A DNA stretch of 60,459 bases from Marmoricola sp. (GCA_045806765.1 JBJMIO010000053.1:1-60459); one strand, 5' to 3'. Positions 9,439-18,380 are shown, counted from the stretch's first letter. Notes: generated by a model from the letters alone, not told the origin. Made by a program: numbers and translations.

Positions 9439-10629
9439 TCAGCCGCTGGTCGCGCTGCCGCGGTCGTCGTACGCCGGGGTGACACCGGCGTCGCTGAGCA
9501 GCGCCTTGCCGGGGGCCGTGTTCACGAACGGAGCCGGACCGCCGGCGTCGCTGAACAGCGTCTGCGCCCAGTTCAGGGTGCCGCCCGGCTGCCACGGACC
9601 GAGGTCGAGCGCCGAGTCGCGGAAGATGACGAAGTACGGGAACGTGACCGACCAGGCCGACGCGCCGTTCTGGAGCTTCAGACCCGTGGTGCTCAGCGCT
9701 GCGGGCGGGTTGGCCTGCGAGTAGACCTGGTCGGGGTTGCGGAAGTAGCCGCTGCCCAGCAGGTTGAAGCGGCCCAGCGGGAACGGGACGATCGCGTTCG
9801 GCTGGTCAGCGGCCGGGAGGCTCGTGATCGCGGTCGGGTCGTTCTGCTGGACCTGGGTGACGCTGGCCGCGACGGTGACCGTCGTGCCGCCGTTGCCCGC
9901 CTTGAGGCCGTTGAGGAAGATCGTGCGCATGCCCGCACCGGTCTGCGGGATCAGTGCCTTGATGGTCGCCGAGGGCGCCGGGCCGCTGTAGCCCGGGATC
10001 TGGCCCCAGGTGGTGTAGGTGCCGTTGTAGATGTTCGTCAGGTCCGTGGCCGACAGGTTCGAGGGCGCGTTGGTGGTCGTCGCGGTGGCGATGTAGTCGA
10101 CGTCGGTGGCGATCTGCACCGAGTGCAGCGGCGTGCCCAGGCCGCCGCTGGCCACCGACTGCTGGGCCTGCGCCTGCTGGGCGGCGGTCGGCAGGTTGGG
10201 GCTGCGCGCGAAGCTGACCCGGTTGGCCGAGCCGTCGGCCAGCAGGGCCGCCAGGCCGACGCCGCCGCCGTTCGGGCGCTGCACCGGCGAGGTGCCGGCG
10301 CGCAGGATGAAGGTCGGGTTCAGCGCGGTCGAGGTGTGGCCGTCAGCGCTCAGAGCCGGGTCGGTGCCGGACTTGCGGCCGTTGGCGTCACCGCTGGCGT
10401 CGAAGCTGAAGACGCGGTTGCGGTTGCCGGCTGCGTTGTACCCCGGGTTCGAGGTCGAACCGTCGGCGAGGAAGTTGAGGGCGCTCTGCATCACGTCGGA
10501 CCCGACACCCACGACGTCGTCGACGCGGGGTGCGCCGTCAGCGTTGGCGGGGAGCTGGGTGACGAGGAGTCCGCCGGCCAGCGCGGCTGCGATCAACGAG
10601 GCGCCTGCGGCGATCCGCCTGTGCGACAT
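9439..10629 (-). CDS. Secreted PstS-like binding-fold protein with no anchor
   Basis: Signal peptide ending PANA-D; VGVGSD, RPNGGGVG, SFARS, LTNIYNG..TTWGQI, LIPQTGAGMR map onto PstS motifs; no lipobox or C-terminal TM. Confidence 0.75.
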   Translation of the reverse strand: MSHRRIAAGASLIAAALAGGLLVTQLPANADGAPRVDDVVGVGSDVMQSALNFLADGSTSNPGYNAAGNRNRVFSFDASGDANGRKSGTDPALSADGHTSTALNPTFILRAGTSPVQRPNGGGVGLAALLADGSANRVSFARSPNLPTAAQQAQAQQSVASGGLGTPLHSVQIATDVDYIATATTTNAPSNLSATDLTNIYNGTYTTWGQIPGYSGPAPSATIKALIPQTGAGMRTIFLNGLKAGNGGTTVTVAASVTQVQQNDPTAITSLPAADQPNAIVPFPLGRFNLLGSGYFRNPDQVYSQANPPAALSTTGLKLQNGASAWSVTFPYFVIFRDSALDLGPWQPGGTLNWAQTLFSDAGGPAPFVNTAPGKALLSDAGVTPAYDDRGSATSG

Positions 10630-10749
10630 GGGTTCTGCCTTTCGGGTTGCGACTACTGCGTGGTCGGGGAACGGCGCGCGGGCGCGCGGTGGATGCGCAC
10701 CGGCGAGCGACGGCCCGAACCGCCCCATGCCTTGCTCGCACTGTGCACG

Positions 10750-10786
10750 AATCTCACCATTGTTGAGTAAACTTGTCAACTTAATC
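10750..10786 (-). promoter_or_regulatory. AT-rich internal promoter candidate
   Basis: Minus-strand TTGACA (10779-10774) with a weak -10 GAGATT 18 nt downstream, in the 200 bp gap inside the cluster. Confidence 0.5.
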
Positions 10787-10830
10787 GGAATGATCCGAGA
10801 ACGTGTCGTGGCCCACACCGACGGCGTCCC

Positions 10831-11766
10831 TCAGAACAGGTTCGGGAGCATCCGGGAGGCCAGTGAGGACACCGCCCAGAGCGACCCGAGAACCATCGGT
10901 GTCGCCACGATCCACGCCCCCAGCGGTGACCACCGGTGCCGCAGCCAGGCGCCGGCGAGCAGGGTCAGGACCAGCAGCTGGAGCGTCAGCGCGAGGAGGG
11001 CGAGCGTGCCGGAGCCCACGTGGGTGCTCATGGGCCTCTCGGTGGCGACCGTCGTCCCGACCGCTCCGCCCACCACGGCCTTGCCGGTCAGCGTCGCGTC
11101 GACGAACACCGCACGGGACGGGGACAACCGCGAGAACGGGCCCGACCCGACCGCGGTGACCAGGGTGAGACGACCATCGGTCGCCGCCGGGGCGGCCGGC
11201 ACGGGATCGCCCTTCCGGCGAGCCCCCTGGACCGCGTAGGTGAAGGTGCCCTGGGCCGTGGTGACGGTGATCGGGTCCCCGACGCGGAGCCGGTCGAGGT
11301 GGGCGAACGGTCCGCCGAAGGACAGGGCTCGACCCAGCACCAGGCTGGTGCCGTGCTGGCCGGGCAGCACCGAGCCGCGGTAGTGGCCGGGCCCGTGCTG
11401 CAGCTCGCTGGTGCCCGTGCCCTCCACGACGACCAGGCCCTTCACGCCGGCGCGCGGGATCGAGAGCACCGCGACCGGGGCCCCGGTCGCGATCGGCTCG
11501 CCGACCGGCGCGGTGCCGTCGGCCAGCTCGGTCCGGAAGCGCTGGTAGAGCGCGTGCTGGTCGTGGCTGGCCGAGAACCCGCTGAGCAGCGTGAGGTAGG
11601 CCAGCGACCAGCCGCCGAGGAGTGCCACGACGATCAGCACCCGCGACACCGCGAGCCGGACGTCGGCAGACGTACGCCGAGCCGGCGGGCGCTCGGCGGA
11701 CGCCGGCGCCGTGCGCACGACCGTCCGCGGTGGCTGCGGGGGTCGTTCCTCGAGCGTCGCGGTCAT
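10831..11766 (-). CDS. Sortase-fold membrane protein, catalytically degenerate (pseudo-sortase)
   Basis: Class D/E-like scaffold GPGHY.GSVLPG..GT..V.G...FGGPF.HLDRL.VGD.I; GHR is GRA and TLVTC is TLVTA; one N-terminal and two C-terminal TM helices. Confidence 0.85.
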   Translation of the reverse strand: MTATLEERPPQPPRTVVRTAPASAERPPARRTSADVRLAVSRVLIVVALLGGWSLAYLTLLSGFSASHDQHALYQRFRTELADGTAPVGEPIATGAPVAVLSIPRAGVKGLVVVEGTGTSELQHGPGHYRGSVLPGQHGTSLVLGRALSFGGPFAHLDRLRVGDPITVTTAQGTFTYAVQGARRKGDPVPAAPAATDGRLTLVTAVGSGPFSRLSPSRAVFVDATLTGKAVVGGAVGTTVATERPMSTHVGSGTLALLALTLQLLVLTLLAGAWLRHRWSPLGAWIVATPMVLGSLWAVSSLASRMLPNLF

Positions 11767-14495
11767 CGGGCGGCCCTCTTGCCCCGGGCCGTGCGTGCTC
11801 GGCCAGCCGCCTCGACGGCGATCGGCACGAGCACGTTGCTCCACCGCATCAGGAGCCCGGCCAGGCCGAGGGCGAGGGCGCCGAAGAGCACCAGCGGGAG
11901 GCCGAACGAGCCGAGCCGTGAGTGCATCCCGGGGGTCCTGAAGGCCGTCGCGATCGACGGTGTGAGGCTCGCTCCCGGCGGCGTCGCTGCGCTGGGAGTG
12001 GGCCCGTCGACCGAGGTCGGCAGCGATCCGCTGCCGCCGCCACCCGCGGGACTACCCCCGGGCACCGTGGTGCCGGCGTCGTCGGCCGGGTCGAGCGCGG
12101 GCACGAAGCCCTTCTGCGACCGGACTGCCGACGCGGCGCGCGCGGTGTAAGCGGCGAGGTCGCCCAGGCCGTCGGCCTTGGTCAGCGGCAGGTAGCCCGG
12201 CGGCAGCTGGCCGTTGAGCAGCCCCGGGTCCTGGCCGGCCCCGGCGGCGTAGGTGAGGAAGGAGGCCAGGCTCGCGGCGTCGGCCTTGGCCAGGCCCTTG
12301 GTCGGGACGTCGGCGAAGACCGGCATCGTTCCGGGGTAGGCCTTCGCGCCCGCGGTCGAGCGGTAGGCGTCGTAGTCGACCGTCCAGGTCTTCGCGTCCT
12401 TGTCGGCGGTGAGCTGAGCGGCCGCCGCCTTCAGCCCGGCGTCGTCCGGGGCGACGAAGGTCTTCCCGCTCGCCGGGCCGGACTGCAGCGCGGCGGCGTC
12501 GAGATTGTAGCGCGAGATGGTGCTCAGCGGGACGACACCGAGGACGAAGCGCGAACCCGGTTGCTGACGTCCCTGGATCTGGAGCTTGAGCGTGGAGGGG
12601 TCGTTGCGGTCGCCGTTGGGGCACTCGGTGTTCACGTTCGAGATCGCGTACTGCATGTTCAGCACCACGGCCGAGACGAATCCCACGGGGTTGGCGATCA
12701 GGGAGAGGTACGGGCTCGGGCTGCTGGAGTAGCACGGGTTGTTCCCGCCCTGGATGTACTCCTGGCTGGCGTCGTTGGTGTCGTTCAGCGGCCACGAGTA
12801 CGCCGGCAGCGCGATCCCCCTGTAGGCCGGGTTCACGACCATCCCCCACGGGTCGGTGGTGCCGTCGAGGAACTTGCGCGCGTCCGGGTCGGCGTTGAGG
12901 TAGCTGGTCAGCGCGTAGACCATGTCGGTGTCGGAGGACAACGAGAGCAACGTCGCGGCCGCCTCCTTCGCGGTGTACCTCGGCAGGCCCGGGTTCAGTG
13001 CCTGGAACTCCGGGTCCTGGGTGATGTTCACCGGGTTGCCCGCGATCGCAGGGTCCGAGCCCTTGCCGATCGAGTTCGCCGGGTAGGACTGGCTGAGCAG
13101 CTTGGCGAGCAGGCGTGGGTCGAGCCGGAGCTTCGTGTACGGCTGCCCGTCGGTCCCGTCGATGACGTAGCTGATCGCGAAGCCGGTCACCGCGACCGGC
13201 GCCTGCACCGTCGGCGTCTGGTAGGGCAGGTCGGGTGGACGGCTCGAGAACGCGGCATCGATGTTGCCGAGGCCGAGCAGGGTGCGCGCCGAGCTGTCGG
13301 CGGTCTGCACGTGCACGAACGGCGAGAGCGCCTTGTCGGTGCAGAACTTCGGGCGCCACTGCGCGGTCAGCTCGTTGAGCAGCATGGAGCCGTAGATCGC
13401 GGTGGGCTGCTTCTTCGACACCACCGAGCAGACGTTGGCCGAGACGGCGAAGGTGAGCGGCACGGTGATCCGGTTGCGCCAGTTCGAGGCCGACCACCAC
13501 AGCGCGCCCGAGGTGGCGAGGTTCGCCTGCGAGCCGGCCACGGCGACCTGACCCGGGGTGTAGCTGTCTGCGGCCTCGCAGCGCGAGGCAGCCTCGGCCG
13601 CCGTGTCCGCGTCCGGGCGGTCGGACTCGGGCAGCCGGCTCCCGTACGGGTCGCAGCTGATGCCCATGACGGGGACCGCGACCAGGGCGCACGGCACCGT
13701 CGCGCTGCAACCGAGGGTGGCGTTCTCGTCCTCGGTCCAGGCGCTGAACTGAGCACTCCCCTTGCCGTCGGTGCCGGTGATGCCGTACGTCGCGTTGCTG
13801 GGCAGCCCGGAGCTGTTGACGTTCGAGGACTCCGGCGCTTGGCCGGCGCAGCCCAGGTTGCCGCCGGGATAGGTCTTCCCGGACTCCGAGACCATCGGGA
13901 TCCACCGCTCGGCGGCGGCCTTCCGCGTGCAGCCCGAGAGCACCGAGGTCGAGGTCGGGCGGTCGACGTACTGGGCACGGTTGGCCGGCGTCTCGTAGGC
14001 GTCCGAGCGCCACGCCGGCTCGGCAGTGTTGAGGTTGGCGTTGAAGCGCTCCGCCCAGGTCTGGGTCCAGCAGGTCTCCGGGCTGATCCGCTTCGAGGCC
14101 GCAGCGCTCGTGGAGTCGACGCCGCGGCACTCCAGCAGCACGAACGGGTACTCCTCGTTGATGCCGGCCGCCGAGTTCACGTCGGCGGCCAGGCCGCCGG
14201 TGGGGTGGGCACCGCTCCAGGTGACGTCGAGCTCCTGGCGCCCCCGCAGGTTGGTCGTCGCGGAGACCGCCATCTTGATGTTGCGGGTGTCGACGGGGCT
14301 CGTCGACCCGTCGGCGGCGAACTCGGTGCGCTGGACGGTCCTGGTCTTCGCGACCGAGCTCGTCCCCGAGGCGAGCCGGGTCACGGTCGTGGCCCGTGGA
14401 TTCTCCGCCGCGGGAGCCGGTGACTGCATCACGAGGACACCGAGCGCGAGGCACACGACGCCGATCGCCGCGGCGATCCGCGCGACGCGGTTCAC
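11763..14495 (-). CDS. 910 aa exported protein: Cys-rich beta-sandwich region, degenerate PstS-like domain, Gly/Pro/Ser linker, C-terminal TM
   Basis: Signal peptide; 12 Cys in the mature chain; PstS-like segments APVAVTGFAISY, LRLDPRLLAKLL, YPGTMPVFA, FLTYAAGAGQ, GYLPL. Confidence 0.75.
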   Translation of the reverse strand: MNRVARIAAAIGVVCLALGVLVMQSPAPAAENPRATTVTRLASGTSSVAKTRTVQRTEFAADGSTSPVDTRNIKMAVSATTNLRGRQELDVTWSGAHPTGGLAADVNSAAGINEEYPFVLLECRGVDSTSAAASKRISPETCWTQTWAERFNANLNTAEPAWRSDAYETPANRAQYVDRPTSTSVLSGCTRKAAAERWIPMVSESGKTYPGGNLGCAGQAPESSNVNSSGLPSNATYGITGTDGKGSAQFSAWTEDENATLGCSATVPCALVAVPVMGISCDPYGSRLPESDRPDADTAAEAASRCEAADSYTPGQVAVAGSQANLATSGALWWSASNWRNRITVPLTFAVSANVCSVVSKKQPTAIYGSMLLNELTAQWRPKFCTDKALSPFVHVQTADSSARTLLGLGNIDAAFSSRPPDLPYQTPTVQAPVAVTGFAISYVIDGTDGQPYTKLRLDPRLLAKLLSQSYPANSIGKGSDPAIAGNPVNITQDPEFQALNPGLPRYTAKEAAATLLSLSSDTDMVYALTSYLNADPDARKFLDGTTDPWGMVVNPAYRGIALPAYSWPLNDTNDASQEYIQGGNNPCYSSSPSPYLSLIANPVGFVSAVVLNMQYAISNVNTECPNGDRNDPSTLKLQIQGRQQPGSRFVLGVVPLSTISRYNLDAAALQSGPASGKTFVAPDDAGLKAAAAQLTADKDAKTWTVDYDAYRSTAGAKAYPGTMPVFADVPTKGLAKADAASLASFLTYAAGAGQDPGLLNGQLPPGYLPLTKADGLGDLAAYTARAASAVRSQKGFVPALDPADDAGTTVPGGSPAGGGGSGSLPTSVDGPTPSAATPPGASLTPSIATAFRTPGMHSRLGSFGLPLVLFGALALGLAGLLMRWSNVLVPIAVEAAGRARTARGKRAAR

Positions 14496-16123
14496 GACAC
14501 TCCCCCGCGCCGTCGCACGACGAGCCCTCCGATGCCGGCCGGCACCGCGACGACGAGCAGGAGCAGGCCGACCAGGACGATGGTCAGCAGCGAGGACGGA
14601 CCGGAGTCGGCCTCGGCGGCCAAGGTCGTGGGCACGACCGCTCCGGCCTGGGCCGCGTCGCTGCCGTTGCCGGTCGTGGCGCCGAGCCCGAGGCTGGGGT
14701 CACCACCACCGGTGGCGACCGGTGGGGCGGTGCCACCTGCACCGGCACCGGGTCCCGTGCCCGCGTCGTCGCCCGAACCGCCGCCCGCGGCGGCATTGGC
14801 AGCATCCGAGGGATTGCTGCCGTTGTAGGCGCCCTGACCGGCCAGGCACGGGCCCGCACCGATCTTGTCGCACGCAGGCGGCTGCGGCGCGATCTGGGCG
14901 AGGTGGTTCACCTTGGGCTTGCCGGCGATGAACGTCGGGTTGTGGCAGGTGCTGACGTTGCGGTTGGTCAGGTTGACCCCCGGGTCGGCGGTCCTGAGCT
15001 TGGCGATCTGGCTGAAGCCGGCGGTGACCAGGTTGATCGGCAGCGAGGAGTAGCCGATCCGACCGATCTCCGACTGGCCCTGGCAGATCGAGTAGTAGAG
15101 GAAGTCGGCGATGGTCTGCCGCTTCGCCGTGGTCTCTCGCTTCTCGGCCGGCGACGTCCCGGTCGGGATGATCGCGTAGACGTAGGACGACAGCTCGTAG
15201 GTGCGCTTGTCCGGGTTGGTGTAGACGTTGTCGAGGTTCTGGGTCAGGTAGTCCGGTGAGCTCGGGTCGTTGTTGATGATCGCCCGGGTCAGCGCCACCG
15301 CGACGTTGTACTGGGTCGGCAGCGTGTAGTAACCGGCCTTGTTGAGCAGCTTGACCGCCGGGAAGTTCGAGAGCAGCGGGTAGGAGTACTCCTCCATCCC
15401 GATCGAGCCGTTCGCGCCCTTGTTCTTGATGAAGTTCATGACCCCGTCGGAGCCCGACTGCGCCTTCATCGGCCCGGAGTCCTTGCCGCAGTTCAGCGGG
15501 TAGTACTGCGTCTGCCCGGCGGCGCCGTTGCAGGCCCGCCAGATCGAGGGGTACATCTTGTCCATCCAGCGGGTGAACTGGTTGGTGACACCGGCGCCCT
15601 CGGAGTGCACGACCGGGATGATCGGGATCGAGGGCAGCGCGTGCCCGTTGTTGTCCTTGGTGATCGCGGCGTCGTTCCAGTTGGTGATCTGGTTGGTGAA
15701 GATCTTCGCGACCGTCTCACCCGAGAGCCGGATGTTGCGCACCATCTTCCCGGCGACCTCGACGTGGTAGGGCAGCGACGTACCGCCGGCGGCGATCGGG
15801 AGGTAGGCGTAGGGGCGGTCGGGCTTGCTCTCCACCGAGCCGTTGGGCTCCTTCTGGCCGAACGCGACGTCGGAGACGCCGAAGTCGTTGGTGTTGTTGG
15901 CGAAGTCCTTGCGACCCTGCGCGGCGCCGTTCGCAGTGAAGACGACCTGGAGTCCGGGGGCGACGTCGGCGACCCACTGGTTGATGGCGTTGGCGGCCCA
16001 GCTGGACCCGGAGCCGTTGATCAGGACGTGGCTCGACTTCGCCTCGGCGCCCGGCTGGAGGCCCAGCGCGACCAGCACGACCACCGCCGCGAGCACGATC
16101 TTCCTCGACGTACGGACCTTCAT
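14492..16123 (-). CDS. pstS: PstS-family solute-binding protein with C-terminal TM anchor and altered ligand motifs
   Basis: INGSGSSW, DFGVSD, LSGETVAKIFTNQITNWND, GSIGMEEYSY, GYSSLP; not a lipoprotein; Gly-rich linker, TM, RRR tail. Confidence 0.8.
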   Translation of the reverse strand: MKVRTSRKIVLAAVVVLVALGLQPGAEAKSSHVLINGSGSSWAANAINQWVADVAPGLQVVFTANGAAQGRKDFANNTNDFGVSDVAFGQKEPNGSVESKPDRPYAYLPIAAGGTSLPYHVEVAGKMVRNIRLSGETVAKIFTNQITNWNDAAITKDNNGHALPSIPIIPVVHSEGAGVTNQFTRWMDKMYPSIWRACNGAAGQTQYYPLNCGKDSGPMKAQSGSDGVMNFIKNKGANGSIGMEEYSYPLLSNFPAVKLLNKAGYYTLPTQYNVAVALTRAIINNDPSSPDYLTQNLDNVYTNPDKRTYELSSYVYAIIPTGTSPAEKRETTAKRQTIADFLYYSICQGQSEIGRIGYSSLPINLVTAGFSQIAKLRTADPGVNLTNRNVSTCHNPTFIAGKPKVNHLAQIAPQPPACDKIGAGPCLAGQGAYNGSNPSDAANAAAGGGSGDDAGTGPGAGAGGTAPPVATGGGDPSLGLGATTGNGSDAAQAGAVVPTTLAAEADSGPSSLLTIVLVGLLLLVVAVPAGIGGLVVRRRGGVS

Positions 16124-17229
16124 CAGGACTTCCTTCCACGGGCGACCAGGCGGGCGAGCAGGAACAGCGCGAGCACGATCGTGAGCAGCACGACCGCGGC
16201 GGCGTACCCGCGCACCTCGAACCGGGGCTCGCCCGAGCTCACGGCGGTGTAGATGTAGAGGGGCAGGGAGTTCATCGGGTTGTGGAACGGGTCCCAGTTC
16301 ACGTACGTCGAGGCGCCCGAGGTGAGCAGCACCGGGGAGGTCTCGCCGACCATCCGGGCGATGCCGAGGATCAGCGCGGTCGCCAGGCCGGGACGCGCGG
16401 TCGGCAGGACGACGCGCCAGATGGTCTCGAACCTGCCGGCGCCCAGCGCGTACGACGCCTCCCGCAGGCCGCCGGGCACCACGCGCAGGACGACGTCGCT
16501 GGCCCGGGCCATGATCGGCAACCCCATCACCGCCAGCGCCAGCGCGGCCGCGAAGCCGCTCTGCTGGAAGCCCGCGTTGACGATCAGGACGGTGTAGATG
16601 AACAGTCCGGCCACGATCGAGGGCAGCGCCGTCATGGCCTCCACCACCGTGCGCACCACACGCGCGCCGCGGCCCCCGATCTCCGCCATGTAGATCGCGG
16701 TGACGACACCGAGCGGCAACGCGATCGCGACCGCGATGGCGACCTCGATCAGCGTGCCGACGATCGCGGCGAGCGCCCCACCCGAGGTGTAGGCGTCGCT
16801 CGGGCGGACACCGGCCATGTCGTGGGTGAAGAAGTTCGCGTGCGCCAGTGCGGACATGCCCTTGCCGACGGTGACCACGACCGTGCTCGCCAGCGCCAGG
16901 GCGACGACGCTCGGAGCAGCGACGACCAGCGAGGTCATGAACCGGTCGACGACCACGACCCAGGGGCGGTAGATCGCGGTGATCCCGCAGTAGAAGAGCA
17001 GGAAGGCGACGTACCAGCAGACGAAGAAGCCGAGCGCGCCCGAGAACGGGAGGACCTGCTCGTAGAGGATCCAGGTGGTCGCCAACGCCCCGCCGACCGC
17101 GCCGAGGAGGGTCAGGTCGTCCTCGTTGGTGCGCGGCCGGGTACGGCGCAGCACCTCGGCGGGTGGTTCCTCGAGGGGAGCGTGCAGCTCCTCCAGCGGT
17201 TCCTCGAGGGGTTCGAGCACGGCGGTCAT
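16123..17229 (-). CDS. pstA: PstA-family ABC permease
   Basis: AIVGTL, ALPSIVAGLF, LREASYALGA (EAA loop), ARMVGETSP. Confidence 0.92.
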   Translation of the reverse strand: MTAVLEPLEEPLEELHAPLEEPPAEVLRRTRPRTNEDDLTLLGAVGGALATTWILYEQVLPFSGALGFFVCWYVAFLLFYCGITAIYRPWVVVVDRFMTSLVVAAPSVVALALASTVVVTVGKGMSALAHANFFTHDMAGVRPSDAYTSGGALAAIVGTLIEVAIAVAIALPLGVVTAIYMAEIGGRGARVVRTVVEAMTALPSIVAGLFIYTVLIVNAGFQQSGFAAALALAVMGLPIMARASDVVLRVVPGGLREASYALGAGRFETIWRVVLPTARPGLATALILGIARMVGETSPVLLTSGASTYVNWDPFHNPMNSLPLYIYTAVSSGEPRFEVRGYAAAVVLLTIVLALFLLARLVARGRKS

Positions 17230-17282
17230 TCGGGGTCCCCGTTCGCAGCGGAGCGAAGCGAGCACTCGGGTGGGGTGATCAC
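17226..17282 (-). repeat. MIRU-like intercistronic element encoding an 18 aa coupling mini-ORF
   Basis: GTG overlaps the pstC TGA (GTGA); VITPPECSLRSAANGDPE ends in TGA overlapping the pstA ATG (ATGA); net 53 bp; GGAGCGAAGCG on the + strand. Confidence 0.65.
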
Positions 17283-18304
17283 AGCTCGGTCCCCGCTCCG
17301 CTGCGGCCGCGGGCGACGATCGTCGCGGCAAGCGTGTTGACCAGCAGGGTCATCAGGAACAGCACGAAGCCCGCGGTGAGCAGGGCCGCGAGCTGGGAGG
17401 GCGAGGCCTCCTTGTACTGGCTGGCGATCAGGGCCGAGATCGTCGAGGTACCGGACTCGAGGATGTTGATCTTGATCTTGAAGGCCTGGGAGATGATCAG
17501 GAGCACCGAGATCGTCTCGCCCAGCGCACGGCCCAGAGCCAGCATGGTGCCGCCGATGATGCCGCTGCGGCCGAACGGGATCACGACCGTGCGGACCACC
17601 GACCAGCGGGTGGCGCCGAGCGCGAGCGCGGCCTCCTTCTCCCCGGCCGGCGCCTCGGAGAACACCTCGCGCATCACCGAGGTGGCCATCGGGAAGATCA
17701 TCATCGCCACCGCGATGGCCGCGATGAAGACCGAGCCCTCGTACGACGGGTAGCCCGGCGCCTGGTTCCAGATCGGGTAGTGCACGTCGGTGTGCACCTT
17801 GAAGAGCGGGATCCAGCCGAAGTAGGTGCTGATCCAGTGCGCGACGTGGGTGGCGTGCGGCTGGATGAAGAGCAGCACCCAGAGGCCGAAGACGATGCCG
17901 GGAACCGCTGCCATCAGGTCGATCAACCGGACCAGCACGGGCCGCAGGCGCGGCGGTGCCCAGTCGGTGATGAACAGCGCCGAGAGCAAGGAGAGCGGGA
18001 ACGCGATCGCCAGCGCGACGGCCGCGACCTCGACCGTGCCGACGAGCACCGAGGCGATCCCGATGACGTCCTGGCTCGGCAGCCACCGGTGCTCGGTGAA
18101 GAACGACCAGCCGTAGGCCTGGAACGTGGGCCTTGCCTGGAGGCCGAGGAAGATGCCGATCGAGGACACGATGCCGAGCACCAGCAGGCCCGTGCCGCGC
18201 ACGGACTGGGTGAACACGACGTCCTGGGTGGAGTGCCGCGCGGCGATCCGCCGGGGGGCGTCCTCGAGGTCGTCCACCTCTCGCAGCGTCGTCGCGGGTG
18301 ACAT
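17279..18304 (-). CDS. pstC: PstC-family ABC permease
   Basis: GWSFFT..W.P, DLMAAVPGIVFGLW, KEAALALGATRW (EAA loop), LGRALGETI. Confidence 0.92.
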   Translation of the reverse strand: MSPATTLREVDDLEDAPRRIAARHSTQDVVFTQSVRGTGLLVLGIVSSIGIFLGLQARPTFQAYGWSFFTEHRWLPSQDVIGIASVLVGTVEVAAVALAIAFPLSLLSALFITDWAPPRLRPVLVRLIDLMAAVPGIVFGLWVLLFIQPHATHVAHWISTYFGWIPLFKVHTDVHYPIWNQAPGYPSYEGSVFIAAIAVAMMIFPMATSVMREVFSEAPAGEKEAALALGATRWSVVRTVVIPFGRSGIIGGTMLALGRALGETISVLLIISQAFKIKINILESGTSTISALIASQYKEASPSQLAALLTAGFVLFLMTLLVNTLAATIVARGRSGAGTEL

Positions 18305-18380
18305 GCAGGGTCCTTGTGGTCAGCGCACCCCGCGTCGGTCACCGCAGGGTGCAGGAAGGACCAGCCCGAACTCGTCCGGG

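Noticed and set aside
10630-10745. Riboswitch in the leader of the secreted PstS-like gene
   Set aside because: No recognisable aptamer consensus by eye; an Rfam/Infernal search would settle it.
11922-14454. Long overlapping ORFs (833 aa +, 800 aa -), and similar ones such as 22802..25324 and 43868..46543
   Set aside because: Arg/Gly/Pro-rich shadow frames expected in high-GC DNA opposite or out of frame with real genes.
14492-14640. Sortase sorting signal on PstS or on the 910 aa protein
   Set aside because: TM and basic tails are present but no LPxTG/LAxTG pentapeptide precedes them.
17160-17218. PLEE repeats at the PstA N-terminus
   Set aside because: Short low-complexity duplication with no sign of function.
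6255-18304. Calling the cluster an ordinary pstSCAB phosphate operon
   Set aside because: Gene order, inserted surface genes, altered binding motifs and lack of phoU or a PHO box do not fit; pst symbols are used only as family labels.
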